From: Eledone cirrhosa
Taxonomy: Eukaryota
Direction of reading: 5' to 3'
DNA length: 64,000 nt
NCBI GenBank assembly: GCA_964016885.1
Contig: OZ024743.1
Span: 333,684,001 to 333,748,000, forward strand
Position numbers and translations under genes: made by a program. The stretch's first letter is position 1, and every line of letters begins with the position of its first letter. Below, piece after piece: positions 16,374 to 28,249 of the stretch. Below the pieces are notes generated by a model that saw nothing but the letters and a program-made list of their open reading frames with translations, had not been told where the DNA came from and did no database searches.

Positions 16374-16770
16374 TTGGGTAATGACAGAAAGAATAAATAT
16401 ATGCAACCAAAATGGGGTTCCTCGAAAGGGCCTTTGGAATATCATTACTCGATAGAGTGCATAGCTCAGAGATCAAATAGTTACCCCAAGTTGAGCTGCT
16501 ACTTCTCCAAATTGAGAGATCACAGCTCCGATACTATGGGCATGTGGTTAGAATGTTTCAGGAAAGAATCGGACAGATTTTACGGGCAAAAACCAACCGG
16601 CAGGAGACCAGAGGTAGACCTGAGAATGAGCTTGGCTGGTCTCACTTGGGGATCCAGCTGGATCAATTGGAGGCGATTGCTTCTGACAGGACCTGCTGGA
16701 AAGTGTAGTTGCAGACTCTGCTCCCATGACCCCTCCCCTAGGAATAAGTGGGCGAAGAAGAAGCGGTTTC
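16374..16770 (+). mobile_element. Degenerate RTE-clade LINE 3' fragment
   Basis: Frameshifted peptide SQLRYYGHVVRM..ERI and KPTGRRP, typical of the RTE RT C-terminal region; ends in GAAGAAGAAG. Confidence 0.7.
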
Positions 16771-16930
16771 TAACTTATAAATTTAAATCAAATTTCGAAG
16801 TGTAAGACCAGAATGTTTTGTTCTGAGAGTTCCCCATATTCTGAAAAAGGGATTTTAAGTTCCGAAATATTCGGACAAAACTTTTTTGTTGCCTTCATTT
16901 TACTGACTATTATGTATTGCCTTAGCCTTC

Positions 16931-17161
16931 TTAACCCATTAGCATTTACATTACTCTATATTTACTATTGTATTTTTGTGGTAAAGGTTTTATCTTACAT
17001 AATTATCTCACATAATATTGAATCTATGAAATATTTTGATGTAATTTATTTTGAGAACAATACCTTAACATCAGTATGAGCAGCCAATTCTGGCTGGTTT
17101 GAACTGAAAGAGATAAGAAGATTCTGGCTGGATATGGCTGGTTTAAATACTAAAGGGTTAA
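16931..17161. mobile_element. piggyBac-type MITE (TTAA TSD, CCC.TTAGCATTTA TIR)
   Basis: TTAA|CCCATTAGCATTTA ... TAAATACTAAAGGG|TTAA; interior homologous to 26513-26750 and 58733-58945. Confidence 0.85.
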
Positions 17162-17259
17162 ACATGTCATATTCTACATTATATACTATACACAATGCTT
17201 TAAACAAACTACAACATTCTAATGTTCTTTAAGGTGTTAATGAAGCTAATATATATCTC

Positions 17260-17470
17260 TTTTGGAAGATTGTCATCATCCGACAAAATGCTTTACAGTA
17301 TTTAAGTTATGACTTTTTACATTCTGAGTTCAAATCATGTCGAGGTTAGCTTTGCCTTTTATCCTTACGGTGGGGGTTGGGGTGTGTTTCGGTAAAATTG
17401 GTATCAATTTTAATTGACTTCCCTCTTCCTTTCAAATTGCTGGCCTTGTGCCAAATGTAGAAACAATTAT
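17260..17470 (+). mobile_element. tRNA-derived SINE family A copy (degenerate)
   Basis: ttctgagttcaaatc...gaggttagctttgcctttt.tccttacgg...gctggccttgtgccaaa.gtagaaacaattat matches the 54258-54450 copy. Confidence 0.7.
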
Positions 17471-17748
17471 TTTTCTATATATTATCAAGTTATAGAAACA
17501 GAGTTTCTGGAAACATACCTTCTTATTAATCCCTCCCCCCTCCCATCCATTTTGCTGTGTATTTTAGTTTAAAATGTCTTGTGTTATAGACAAGATAATA
17601 AGATATATAGTTTGTTATATCAGAAATCTTACATAAAAACCTTTATGAGATGTTTTATCTATATATCCTCATATTTCATCTATATTACCCATAATTTATT
17701 ATTTCATAAATAATAATCATTTCAATTTTTTTTTCTTTTCTTTATCAG

Positions 17749-17773
17749 TGACTCGGTAAACCCATCAAACTCT
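17749..17773 (+). CDS. DZANK1: DZANK1 25-nt microexon ((S)DSVNPSNS)
   Basis: Long T-rich tract then tttatcAG, and TCT|gtaagt donor; phase 2 to 0 exactly bridges the flanking exons. No homology support for the peptide itself. Confidence 0.6.
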
Positions 17774-17796
17774 GTAAGTGTAATTTTGTAGAATTC

Positions 17797-17830
<34 letters not shown>

Positions 17831-18113
17831 ACAATGACAACACCACCACCACCACCACGATCATCATCATCATCATAGATCCAGGTCAGAGGACAGTGTT
17901 TTGCTCACACAGAACTGGGTGCTTTTTATCGTGACACCTACATAACCACTGGGTACTGGATGTAGTAAATCAGTTGTGACAGAAAAACAAAGAGAAATAT
18001 CTGACATACATGAGGGGTTACTTTAAGTAAATAATATAGTAAAAAAATCATCTGGTATACATAAAATGTAAATGTCGTAAAGGTTCTGATAACAACAACT
18101 GAAATGTTACTAT

Positions 18114-18594
18114 CACCATCACCACCACCACCATCATCTTCATCATCACCACCATCATCTTCACCACCACCACCATCATCTTCATCATCACCACCATCAT
18201 CTTCACCACCACCACCATCATCTTCATCATCACCACCATCATCTTCACCACCACCACCATCATCTTCATCACCACCACCATCATCTTCACCACCACCACC
18301 ATCATCTTCACCACCACCACCACCATCATCTTCACCACCACCACCATCATCTTCACCACCACCACCATCATCTTCACCACCATCATCTTCATCACCACCA
18401 CCATCATCTTCATCACCACCACCATCATCACCACCACCACCACCACCATCATCACCACCACCACCACCACCACCACCACCACCACAATCATCACCACCAC
18501 CACCATCATCATCACCACCACCACCATCATCATCATCCTCACCACCACCACTTTCACCACCACCACCATCATCGTCACCACCGCCACCACCACC
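18114..18594. repeat. Compound (CAC/CAT)n trinucleotide repeat; smaller block at 17798-17876
   Basis: Read directly. Confidence 0.95.
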
Positions 18595-18791
18595 TGTTAT
18601 GACATGTTATAACATGTTGCTACGACATGTTATGTTGTTATGACATGTTATAACATGTTGCTACGACATGTTATGTTGTTATGACATGTTATAACATGTT
18701 GCTACGACATGTTATGTTGTTATGACATGTAGCTATGACATGTTGTTACGACATGTTATGTTATGTTGTTACATGTTGTTATGTTATGACA
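18595..18791. repeat. (ACATGTT)-based palindromic minisatellite, ~41-bp period
   Basis: gacatgttataacatgttgctacgacatgttatgttgttat repeated ~3x, then decaying. Confidence 0.9.
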
Positions 18792-20859
18792 TCTCCTTAT
18801 AATATATAACCAGCAATTTCTCTGTCTGTCTGTCCGACAGTGGAAACACGTGCGCGCGTGCGAATGTTTTTTGCGCACGCGTAGAGAGAGAGTGAGAGTG
18901 AAAGAAAGAGACAGACTACAAGTGGGGGATAGCGGGAGGGAGAGAGGGGGGAATTGAGGAGTGCTACAGAAACATATATACATTTCTGTGTGTGTGTATA
19001 TATATATATATACACACACAGAAATATATATATATACACACAGAAATATATATACATTTCTGTGTGTGTAATATATATATACACACAGAAATATATATAC
19101 ATTTCTGTGTGTGTAATATATATATATATACACACACAGAAATATATATACATTTCTGTGTGTGTAATATATATATATATATATACACACACAGAAATAT
19201 ATATACATTTCTGTGTGTGTAATATATATATATATATATACACACACAGAAATATATATACATTTCTGTGTTACACACACAGAAATATATATACATTTCT
19301 GTGTGTGTAATATATATGGGCGGTTTTCTGCTAGTCTATATATATAAAACTGAGGATGTCTGTCTGTGTGTGTGTCTGTGAGTTTGAATCCCTAAAACTC
19401 GAGAAGTACCCAACCGATTTTTTTCAAACTTTACATGTGTATTACTTATGTTTCAGAGAGTGTTATGCACATAAAGAAATTCAACTTTTTGATCCCCTAG
19501 GGCCCGCATTAGGTGAAAAACTGCGTTTTTTCAGCTTTTTAGGGTTTTTTTGAGGCGTTACATCAGACCGATTTCCTTGAAATTGTAACTATGTATTATT
19601 CAGTCTCTTCTTCATACCGTGAGCAAAGAAAATCCAACTTTTTTATGGCCTAGGTCCCACATTAGGTAAAAAACTTCATTTTTTCAGCTTTTTAGGGCTT
19701 TTTTGAGGCATTACGTCTAGCCGATTTTCCCGATCCCCTAGGGCCCGCATTAGGTGAAAACCTACATTTTTCCTGCTTCATCGAGGAAATCTTAAAGATT
19801 ATCCAGCCATCAGAGTATTCGGTTTATTTTCTTTACATATTGTCCAGGCATGTAGTTTTTCCACGATTAAGTCTGTTGGCGACCCACATTCCAAAATACC
19901 TTATCCCGTGCAACGCCGGGTACCACTGCTAGTCTATATATATAAAACTGAGGATGTCTGTCTGTGTGTGTGTGTGAGTTTGAATTCCTAAAACTCGAGA
20001 ACCACCCAACCGACTGTTTTCAAACTTTACACATGTAATACTTATGTTTCAGGGAGTGTTCTGAGCAAAAGAAAATTCAAATTTTCAATGCCCTAGGGAC
20101 CGCATTAGGCGATTTAGCGATCTCTCTCTATAATTCTTAGTCTTTCTCTTTGTAGATAGATACATACATATAATGTCGCGCCCTTATATCTGTCTGCATG
20201 TCTGGCTGTCTGCATTATGTCACTTCCCTGAGGATGTGTGTGTGTGTGTGTGTATGTCTGTGAGTTTAAATCCCTAAAACTCGATAAGTACCCAACCGAC
20301 TTTTTTCAAACTTTACATGTGTATTACTTATGTTTCAGGGAGTTTATGCACATAAAAGAATTCAACTTTTTGATCCCCTAGGGCCCGCATTAGTTGAAAA
20401 ATTGCGTTTTTTCAGGTTTTTAAGGGTTTTTTGAGTCGTTACATCAGACTGATTTCCTTGAAATTGTAACTGTGTATTAGTCAGTCTCTTCTTCATACCG
20501 TGAGCAAAGAAAATCCAACTTTTTTATGGCCCAGGGCCCACATTAGGTGAAAAACTTCATTTTTCAGCTTTTTAGGGCTTTTTTGATGTGTTAAGTCTAG
20601 CTGATTTTCCCGAAATTTCAAGGCATATTATGCACATAAAAAAAATTTCATTTTTTTGATCCCCTAAGGCCCGCATTAGGTGAAAACCTGCATTTTTCCT
20701 GCTTCATCGAGGAAAATCTTAAAGATTATCCAGCCATCAGAGTATTCGGTTTATTTTCTTTACATATTGTCCAGGCATGCAGTTTTTCCATGATTAGGCC
20801 TGTTGGCGGCCCGCGTTCCAAAATATCTTATCCCGTGCAATGCCAGGTACCATTGCTAG
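18792..20859 (+). mobile_element. Head-to-tail array of three non-autonomous Helitrons (18792-19334; 19335-19932; 19933-20859)
   Basis: Each starts TC and ends CTAG; the last two have a CCCG..CGGG-type hairpin just before CTAG (degenerate in the last); the array sits between A18791 and T20860 with no TSD. Confidence 0.85.
18965..19315. repeat. Tandem array of ~50-60-bp inverted-repeat units (ACACACAGAAAT-ATATATAC-ATTTCTGTGTGT)
   Basis: Each unit has self-complementary arms and is separated by variable (TA)n. Confidence 0.92.
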
Positions 20860-20991
20860 TGTTATATAATTATGATGTTATACAGTGTTGTTCCTTTAAG
20901 ATGTCAATATGTTTGCCCTGTTATTATCTGCAAGGTCTAATCTATTCTACCCTCCTATCTATTCCCCCCCCCCCCACACACACACACAAAG

Positions 20992-21187
20992 CATCAATGG
21001 ACAACAACTCACAGCTCTAGTTACCCCTCCAGAGCCAAACAGTCCACAAGTACCCAGACTGTTGGCCTATTTTACCCATCACAACGGGAAATAACAAAGA
21101 AGGAAGTTGAAGAAGATGAAAAGAAGGCATATGAGAAGCAATTGAGAGATAGACAGCCCCTCCTTACTGCCATCAGTCCTGGACGAG
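20992..21187 (+). CDS. DZANK1: DZANK1 exon (...STQTVGLFYPSQREITKKEVEEDEKKAYEKQLRDRQPLLTAISPGR)
   Basis: TQTxGLFYPS and PLLTAISPGRG motifs recalled from vertebrate DZANK1; G|gtaaac donor, phase 1. Acceptor uncertain: 20992 or 21043 in phase 0; 21015/21021/21033 in phase 2. Confidence 0.85.
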
Positions 21188-21241
21188 GTAAACTTATTCT
21201 ATTCATGTCATTTTAACACTTTTCTCACCATATTCACTTAG

Positions 21242-21605
21242 CATCATCATCATTTAACATGCATTTTTCTATGCTAGCATGGGTTGGACGAGCTATCTTG
21301 CTGTGAGACAAGCCGGATCAGATGACTGTGTCTTGATCATGCAGAACTGTTTCTGGCTTGCTTTCTACTGCTGGATGCTCTTCCTAATGCCAACCACATT
21401 TACAGTGAGTACTGAGTGCTTTTTGTTGTTACACCTACGTGACCACTTTACAGTGAGTACTCGGTGCTTTTTGTCGTGACACCTACTCACTACTTTACAG
21501 TGTGGACTGGACACTTTTTGTCGTGATACCTACACAACCATGTTACAGTGTGGGCTGGGTGCTTTTTGTCATGGCACCAAAACAACAACTGTACAGTGTG
21601 GACTG
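21242..21605 (-). mobile_element. SINE family B (RTE-tailed) copy with internal ~42-bp tandem expansion; further - strand copies at ~24485-24690, 25096-25320, 25720-25985
   Basis: (CAT)n tail, gctagcatggg, ggatgc.cttcctaa..ccaaccacatttacagtg: the reverse complement of 53570-53690. Confidence 0.8.
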
Positions 21606-21654
21606 GGAACCTGGGTGGGGGAAGGGGTAGTAAAGTCTCTCTAGCTATGAAAGC

Positions 21655-22165
21655 TTTGTAAACACATACATTGGTAAGGCCAGAGGTGCCATCGACAAGT
21701 TATCTCTAGTGTGGAAATCTAGTCTTCCAGATAACATTTAAAGGAGCCTCATTCAAGCAACTGTTGCCTCTGTTCTACTGTATGGCTGCTGAACATGGAC
21801 TCTTACTTCAAAACTGGAAAGAAGATTAGATGGAGCCTACACTTGCATGTTAAAAGTGGCTGTGAATTTCACTTGGCGAGATCGTCTGACTAATGAGCGG
21901 CGGTATGAGAACCATTGTTCAGTATCTGACATTATCAAGAAGTGTATAGTCAGATTCACAGGGCATTGCTGGAGAGCTAAAGACAAAATTGTTAGTGAAG
22001 TCCTTTTGTGGGGTGTCTACACAATGAAAAGCTAGCAGAGGACGACATGCCAATCTGTAAGCAGATTTGTGATGACATAAACTGCAATCCCTCTGACCTG
22101 CTGAATATGATGAACAATAGAATTGGATGGAGACAGAGAGTCATGGGAATCTGTGTAAGCAGTGT
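21655..22165 (+). mobile_element. Degenerate RTE-like LINE RT C-terminal fragment
   Basis: IGKARGAIDKL..VWKS...ATVASVLLYGC*TWTLT..LE.RLDGAYT.ML...RFTGHCWR with in-frame stops. Confidence 0.8.
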
Positions 22166-22564
22166 GACCTATTGATTGAAAGACATAGCTTTCTTCTTCT
22201 TCAACCAACACCAGGTAGGCCTATTGTGCGTCAGTCTTGAAGTTCCTTCAGAATGAAGCCTTTTGTTTGTTTTGTTAGCAAGTTTATTATCCAGTGCCAG
22301 TTTGCTAAGCCTATCGTGACTAACTCCACACCACTGATGTTGTTCAAGGGAAAGGCAAAGGCCGATACAGCTTGGCACTTTATAGTATTTTTTTATAACT
22401 TTTTCCTTAAGAATATATTCAAAAGTTAAGGGCCAAAAGAGGGGTTTCTTCTCTGAAGACCTGCTGTTCAGCTCTCCTGAGAGTTTCTTACCACCATTCA
22501 GTTTTACAAGAGGTCAGTGAATTCATTTTTTCATATTTTAAAAGTTAGTCAATATGAGTTTTAG

Positions 22565-22783
<219 letters not shown>

Positions 22784-22785
22784 TA

Positions 22786-22935
22786 ATTACCTTCATTTCA
22801 GCTGAGGTCCCCTGGTCCCAGGGTGTCTATTATCTTCATTTCAACTGAGGTCCCCTGATCCCAGGGTGTCTATTACCTTAATTTCAACTGAGGTCCCCTG
22901 ACCCTAGGGTGTCTATTACCTTCATTTCAGCTGAG
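22786..22935. repeat. 43-bp minisatellite, ~3.5 copies
   Basis: attaccttcatttcagctgaggtcccctggtcccagggtgtct repeated, starting 24 nt after a DZANK1 exon end. Confidence 0.9.
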
Positions 22936-23303
22936 AGAGAGACCACTTGACTCCAGGGAGAAGTAATATCATTATTAAGCAGTACTGGAAGATATATATA
23001 AATCTATCACATAAAAATATACACGCACACACATACACACTTACATGCACACATACTCATGCACACACATACAAACACAGACACATACAGACACATACAG
23101 TCATACACACACACACTGACACACTTACAAGCATTCACATAACATACACACACACACACACAAACATACAGTCAGTCATACTGTGGGACTGAACTTGAAA
23201 CCATGTGCTTGCAAAGCAAACACCTTAACCACACAGCCATGCCTGCACCTCTAATGCAACAACTCTGAATTTATGTGTTTTTGTGTTTCTTATTATCTGA
23301 CAG

Positions 23304-23484
23304 CTTGTATCTGGAACAATTCATGAAGACAGCTTTGAACTGAGTCTGACTTTAAACTTTTCACTCTACCAACCTAAATCTAACCTCACTAATGGCCACA
23401 TCTCCTCTCGGTCTGTTGATAATCTTCAGTCACCTTATCGAGAAAGAAACTTTTTAGATAGTTTTAGAAGTGAATCTTCTCAAG
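23304..23484 (+). CDS. DZANK1: DZANK1 exon (LVSGTIHEDSFELSLTLNFSLYQPK...FRSESSQ)
   Basis: ctgacAG acceptor; CAAG|gtatgt donor; open 181 nt, phase 0 to 1; resembles the L.SAT.HED..E.S..LN segment that follows EPRMGK in DZANK1. Confidence 0.88.
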
Positions 23485-23519
23485 GTATGTCTTCCTGTTC
23501 TACTGCTTTTGTTTCAGCT

Positions 23520-23660
23520 AAAAGTACTTTATTTTATCGACCCCGTAAGGATGAAAGCAAAGTTAACCTCGGCGGGATTTGAACTCAGACCATAAAGGGC
23601 CGTAACTCTTTGCTGCAAAGCATGGCATCCGACCCTCTACCGATACTACCAATCCACCGC
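23520..23660 (-). mobile_element. tRNA-derived SINE family A copy; others at ~23985-24070 (-), 24355-24480 (+), 52409-52462 (-), 56170-56340 (-), 61860-61995 (-), 62020-62215 (-)
   Basis: ttttatcgaccccgtaaggatgaaa...gttaacctcggcgggatttgaactcaga...ctctaccgatactaccaatccaccgc is the reverse complement of the 54258 copy. Confidence 0.85.
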
Positions 23661-25359
23661 ACTTATATTATATTATATATATACAATATGTATAATTAGG
23701 GATTGTAATGTCCAGTTAGAGTAGGTTCACCAGAGAGAGCACTCAATGTGTAGTTTCCAGTAAGTATAGAGGTGTAGTACTAAGCAGAGTAATAATAATA
23801 ATAAAAAGCACGATTAGTTATGGTAGCAGAAGTCCGACGAACTTTTGATTCCAGAGTCGGGCTAGATCAATACAGATCAAACCATTAGCTGATCAATAGC
23901 GAAACGCAGGTCACTACTCAATAAACATAATGAAGACATAACTAATCGTCCTTTATATTATTATTTATTTATATATCCCTCAGCGGCATTTTAACTCAGA
24001 CCGTAAAGGGCCGTAACTCTATGCTGAAAAGCATAGCATCCAACCCTCTACTGATACTGCCAATCCACCACTGAAGAAAATAATATTAGTAAAAAGGCAC
24101 AACCTTTTTTACTCTGTCTTAATGCCCGTCCAAGTATTAGACTGGTGTTCTATCCGGGGAAAATCTTGTACTCTCAGTCGCTTAATGTCATGGAAGCTCT
24201 GACTTAGAACAGACTTTAACTAACACCGAAAGAAGTATAACTAAAAACATAAATGGCGAATTCCTGGGTGTAACAAGTTGTAAAATGCAAAGTTTCAACA
24301 CAGATCATTCTCACCACAAGAAAGACACATAATACATATTTAATTATTGAACCAGGGCGGTGGATTGGCAGTATCGGTAGAGGGTCGGATACCATGCTTC
24401 GACACGTAGATTTATGGCCCTTGTCATTCTGAGTTCAAATCCCGCTGAGGTTAACTTTGCCCTTCATCCTTACTTTGCCCTTCATGATCGTTTAACGTCA
24501 TTTAATGGGATAGACAGGAATAGTCCCACTTGAGGTAAGATTGGTCAGGTGACCGTGTCTCACTCGTATAGAACTGTATCTGGCAGGTTTTCTACAGCTG
24601 GATGCCATTCCTAACACTAACCACATCTACAGTGTGGACTGGGAGCCTTTTTACTGTGTTTCCTACATGACCACTTTACAGTGTGGACTGTATGTATATA
24701 TGTATATAAACAATTATAAATGTGAAGAGAAAATAGACAAAATATACCTAATTTTTTCTTCAAAATCCTGACTGCACAGTTTCACCTAGTGGTATGCAGC
24801 TAGATGCAACTAAAGTACACTGGGGTCATGAGGTTATCAGCTTTTCAAGAGACCCCTCAATGAAAGGATGAATTCTTGAACTGATTGTTACCAGTGAAAA
24901 ATTGTCGGGAGGGAGAATTATCACATGGTATAACGGTGAAAGAACGGTGGTAAAGGCTGGCCCTCTGGTGAGTAATATATTTGCTAGAAAAAGCATCCAG
25001 TACCCACCTAATTTCACTCAACCATAAGGGAGTTGGACAAAACAAACTAATAAGATACACATACATATAGATACATAAGTATAAACACATACATATCATC
25101 ATCATCATTTAACGTTCATCTTCCATGCTAGCATGGGCTAGATGGGTTTGTCCCATTTAGAAGCAAGTTGGGTCAGGTGACCATATCTTGCTCATATAGG
25201 ACTGTTTCTGACTGGTTTTCTATGGCTGGATGCCCTTCCTAACACCAACCACATTTACAGTGTGTGCTGGGTGCTTTTTGCCGTGTCTCCTAAAGGACCA
25301 CTTTACAGTATGGGCTGGATGTTTTGTGGTAATATATGACATCATTAAAATATGAAATA

Positions 25360-25540
25360 AAACTATGACATGTCATAACATGAGATAGAACTATGACATA
25401 TCATTATAGGACTATGACATGTCATTAACCACAATGTGTCATGAGATATAACTACATGCCATTATCTCATAGATATTACTATGACATATCATTATCTCAT
25501 AGACATAATTATGACATGTCATAACATGAGATATATTACT
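25360..25540. repeat. Degenerate ATGACATGTCAT palindromic repeat upstream of a DZANK1 acceptor
   Basis: Repeated ctatgacat(g/a)tcat units read directly. Confidence 0.75.
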
Positions 25541-25555
25541 TTCCCACTTTTTCAG

Positions 25556-25650
25556 TGTCTGGGGAGACAAGTGATACATCGACAGTGTCATCTACCAAGA
25601 ATAAAAAAAAGAAAAATCGCCGCATGAGTTCTAAAAAACATAGCATCTCG
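25556..25650 (+). CDS. DZANK1: DZANK1 exon (VSGETSDTSTVSSTKNKKKKNRRMSSKKHSIS), basic low-complexity linker
   Basis: ttcccactttttcAG acceptor; TCG|gtaagt donor; phase 1 to 0 fits both neighbours. Confidence 0.8.
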
Positions 25651-26072
25651 GTAAGTACTGAACTCACTGTAGAAAGAAGTGTTCTCTTTTAAAGAGGTAG
25701 ATTGGAAGGTGTCATCAACATCATCATCGTTTAGTATCTTCCTATCTTCCACGCTAGCATGGGTTAGACGGGTTTGTCCCACTTGAGGCAAGATTGGTCG
25801 GGTGACTGTGTCTTGCTTATACAGAACTGTTTCTGGCAGGTTTTCTACGGCTGGATGCCCTTCCCCACACCAACCATATTTACAGTGTGGACTGGGAACC
25901 TTTTTACCATGTCTCCTACACGACCACCTTACAGTGTAGACTGGGTGCTTTTTGTCGTGTCACCTACATGACCACTTTACAGTGGACGGAAGTGGGAGGA
26001 TGGAGTAGGGGGTGTGGTGTGTGGTGGGGTGGGGTTGTATATTGGGTTAAGAGGTGTCTACTGACTGTAGGT

Positions 26073-26288
26073 TTAACCCTTTTGCATTTAAACCGGCCAT
26101 ATCTGGCCAGAATTCTCTCACCTCTTTCTGTTCAAATTGGCTGTAACCAGTCGCTCATACTGATGTTAAGGTAGTGTTCTCAAAATAAATGATATCAAAA
26201 TCTCACAGATTCGATATTATGGGAGATAAAGTGTTTACCATAAAAATACAATAGTATATATAGAGTAATGTAAATGCTAAAGGATTAA
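26073..26288. mobile_element. piggyBac-type MITE, opposite orientation to the other copies
   Basis: TTAA|CCCTTTTGCATTTA ... TAAATGCTAAAGGA|TTAA; interior is the reverse complement of 26513-26750. Confidence 0.8.
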
Positions 26289-26512
26289 GTTTGTATAGGT
26301 GTATATTACTTGTACTTGTGATGGCATTCAACTGAGATGTGTTGAGCCGGCTCCAATAAAGGAATTCACAGTGTACTCTCGGGTCTTCAATAATCGTCTG
26401 CTACCACTTTTATTAACACCCCTCCCCTCCCACTTATTAAATCTCTGGCAAAATTTTATTGTAAGTGATTCATACAGCAGCTGGAGAATCTCATAATTAT
26501 TTTTATTTTAGA

Positions 26513-26750
26513 TTAACCCTTTAGCATTTACATTGCTCTATATATACTATTATATCTACTATTGTTTTTTCATGGTAAAGGCTTTATCTCACGTAATTAT
26601 CTCATATAATATTGAATCTATGAGATTTTGATATTTCTTTTGAGAACAATACCTTAACATCAGTATGAGCAGCTTGTTATGGCCTGTTTCAACAGAAAGA
26701 GGTGAGAGAATTCTGGCTGGATACAGCTGGTTTAAATGCTAAAGGGTTAA
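26513..26750. mobile_element. piggyBac-type MITE with perfect TIRs
   Basis: TTAA|CCCTTTAGCATTTA ... TAAATGCTAAAGGG|TTAA. Confidence 0.9.
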
Positions 26751-27184
26751 AAAACATATATGACAAAAAAAGAATATTACAAGAAATCCCATATTTATGA
26801 ACATACAATTACCCCACCCCCCCCCCTCCGCTTAGAAGAATTTAAGAAAATATCCAACCCCTTCTCTTATTCCACCCCCCACTATCATTTGGGACCTCAA
26901 TGGAGTTTCTTCTGGTGAGTGGTTTCACAAGGTGCAAGTATATGCACTTTAGGATAGTGCAATCCAAGCATTGCATCGGTAATAGCAGTTAACTCTCTCT
27001 TTTGCACCCAACCCAATTTGGTGGAACCAGGGATGCATGGGAGGGAGTTTGCCCAGCAGAGGTGATAAACACAACCTATTTGAGCCATTTTGTAGGCCAG
27101 CAGGAGCTCACCCCACTCCCCAGCTGTGGCATACCCAGCCTTGGTACCTATAGGTGTATAGCTGGAATAGGATAGTTGGGTCAA

Positions 27185-27490
27185 CTGTTGAGGAAGGATA
27201 AAAGTGACTGGGTGAGAGGAATAGACTTAGTGATAAATATTGTGAAGAGATATGGAATGAGATGACTAGGTCATATGTTGAGGAAAGGTGGAAGTGTCTG
27301 GTGAGAGGAATACAACTAGTGATAAATGTTTTGAAGAGAAATGGAATGAGATGGTTGGGTCATGTGTTGAGGAAGGATGAAAGTGACTGTGTTGGAGGAG
27401 TGATGGGAATAGCACCAGTAGTGATTGTTGTGAAGAGATATGGAATGAGACGGTTGGGTCATGTGCTGAGGAAGGATCAAAGTGACTGAT
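27185..27490 (+). repeat. ~85-100-bp tandem repeat (~3.5 copies) derived from an RTE coding fragment
   Basis: gaagagatatggaatgaga...ggtcatgtgttgaggaagga...aagtgactg repeated; translates MRWLGHVLRKDESD. Confidence 0.7.
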
Positions 27491-27642
27491 GGTGGTGGTT
27501 AATGATTGTTATCAATTCCTGAGGGATGGAAGGCAAAGTTATGTCTGATAAGGTTTGAATTCAGAATGTGATAAGGTTTGAATTCAGAATGTCAACTAAG
27601 TTATTGGGTCTTCAACTCCTGTAGTCGTAGATATATATATAT

Positions 27643-28105
27643 ATCATCATCATCATCATTTTACGTCCGCTTTTCCCTGCTTGCAAGGGTGGGACGGGTC
27701 TTATTCAGCACAGCATCTCTCCACTTGTCACGGTCCTTCGTCATCTCCACCGTGAGCTTCAGTGATCTGAGGTCTGTTCTCACCACCTCCGCTCATGTTT
27801 TTCGTGGTCTACCTCTACCACGTCTTCCTTCAACTGGCATTTCCTGGCACTTCTTCACCCATCGGTCATCCTCCATGCACATCACATGTCCATACCACTT
27901 CAGTCTCCTCTCCCGTACACTACATTCTATCCCTCTCAGACACAGTTTCTCTCTCAACACATTCATGCTGGGTCGTTCACGCACATTGACATTGCACATC
28001 CAACGGAGCATGCTTGTCTCATTTCTCTCCAGCCATTGCATATCATCTGCAGTTGCTGCCCATGTCTCACTACCATGCAGCATCGCGCTCCTCACACAGG
28101 CATCA
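27643..28105 (-). mobile_element. 5'-truncated RTE LINE 3' end with (GAT)n tail
   Basis: VRSAMLHGSETWA...LERNETSMLRWMCNV...RERRLKWYGHV...GRRGRGRPRKT, then a short 3' end and (ATG)n. Confidence 0.92.
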
Positions 28106-28157
28106 TATATATATGATGTATTGTAAATTTTCTACGTTTACTCATTTATCCTTTTAG

Positions 28158-28238
28158 GCAATAGATCGGAAATTGTTCCAGCAACTTGCTGTTGATGGAG
28201 ACGGTGACATTAAAGAAGTCCAACGCCTTTTTGATGAA
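28158..28238 (+). CDS. DZANK1: DZANK1 exon (AIDRKLFQQLAVDGDGDIKEVQRLFDE), start of the ankyrin region
   Basis: cttttAG acceptor; GAA|gtcagt donor; 81 nt, phase 0 to 0; continues as the ankyrin motif DE|GADPN in the next exon. Confidence 0.85.
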
Positions 28239-28249
28239 GTCAGTATTTT

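Noticed and set aside
18048-18643. Extensin-like Ser/Pro-rich and Val/Met-rich ORFs
   Set aside because: Translations of a (CAC/CAT)n microsatellite; no splice or phase fit with the DZANK1 model.
18756-19310. Overlapping YIYI/THTEM ORFs on both strands
   Set aside because: Products of the (TA)/(CA) inverted-repeat array inside a non-autonomous Helitron.
26897-27184. GC-richer 95-aa ORF on -
   Set aside because: No recognisable domain or splice context; probably a retroelement remnant that I cannot assign.
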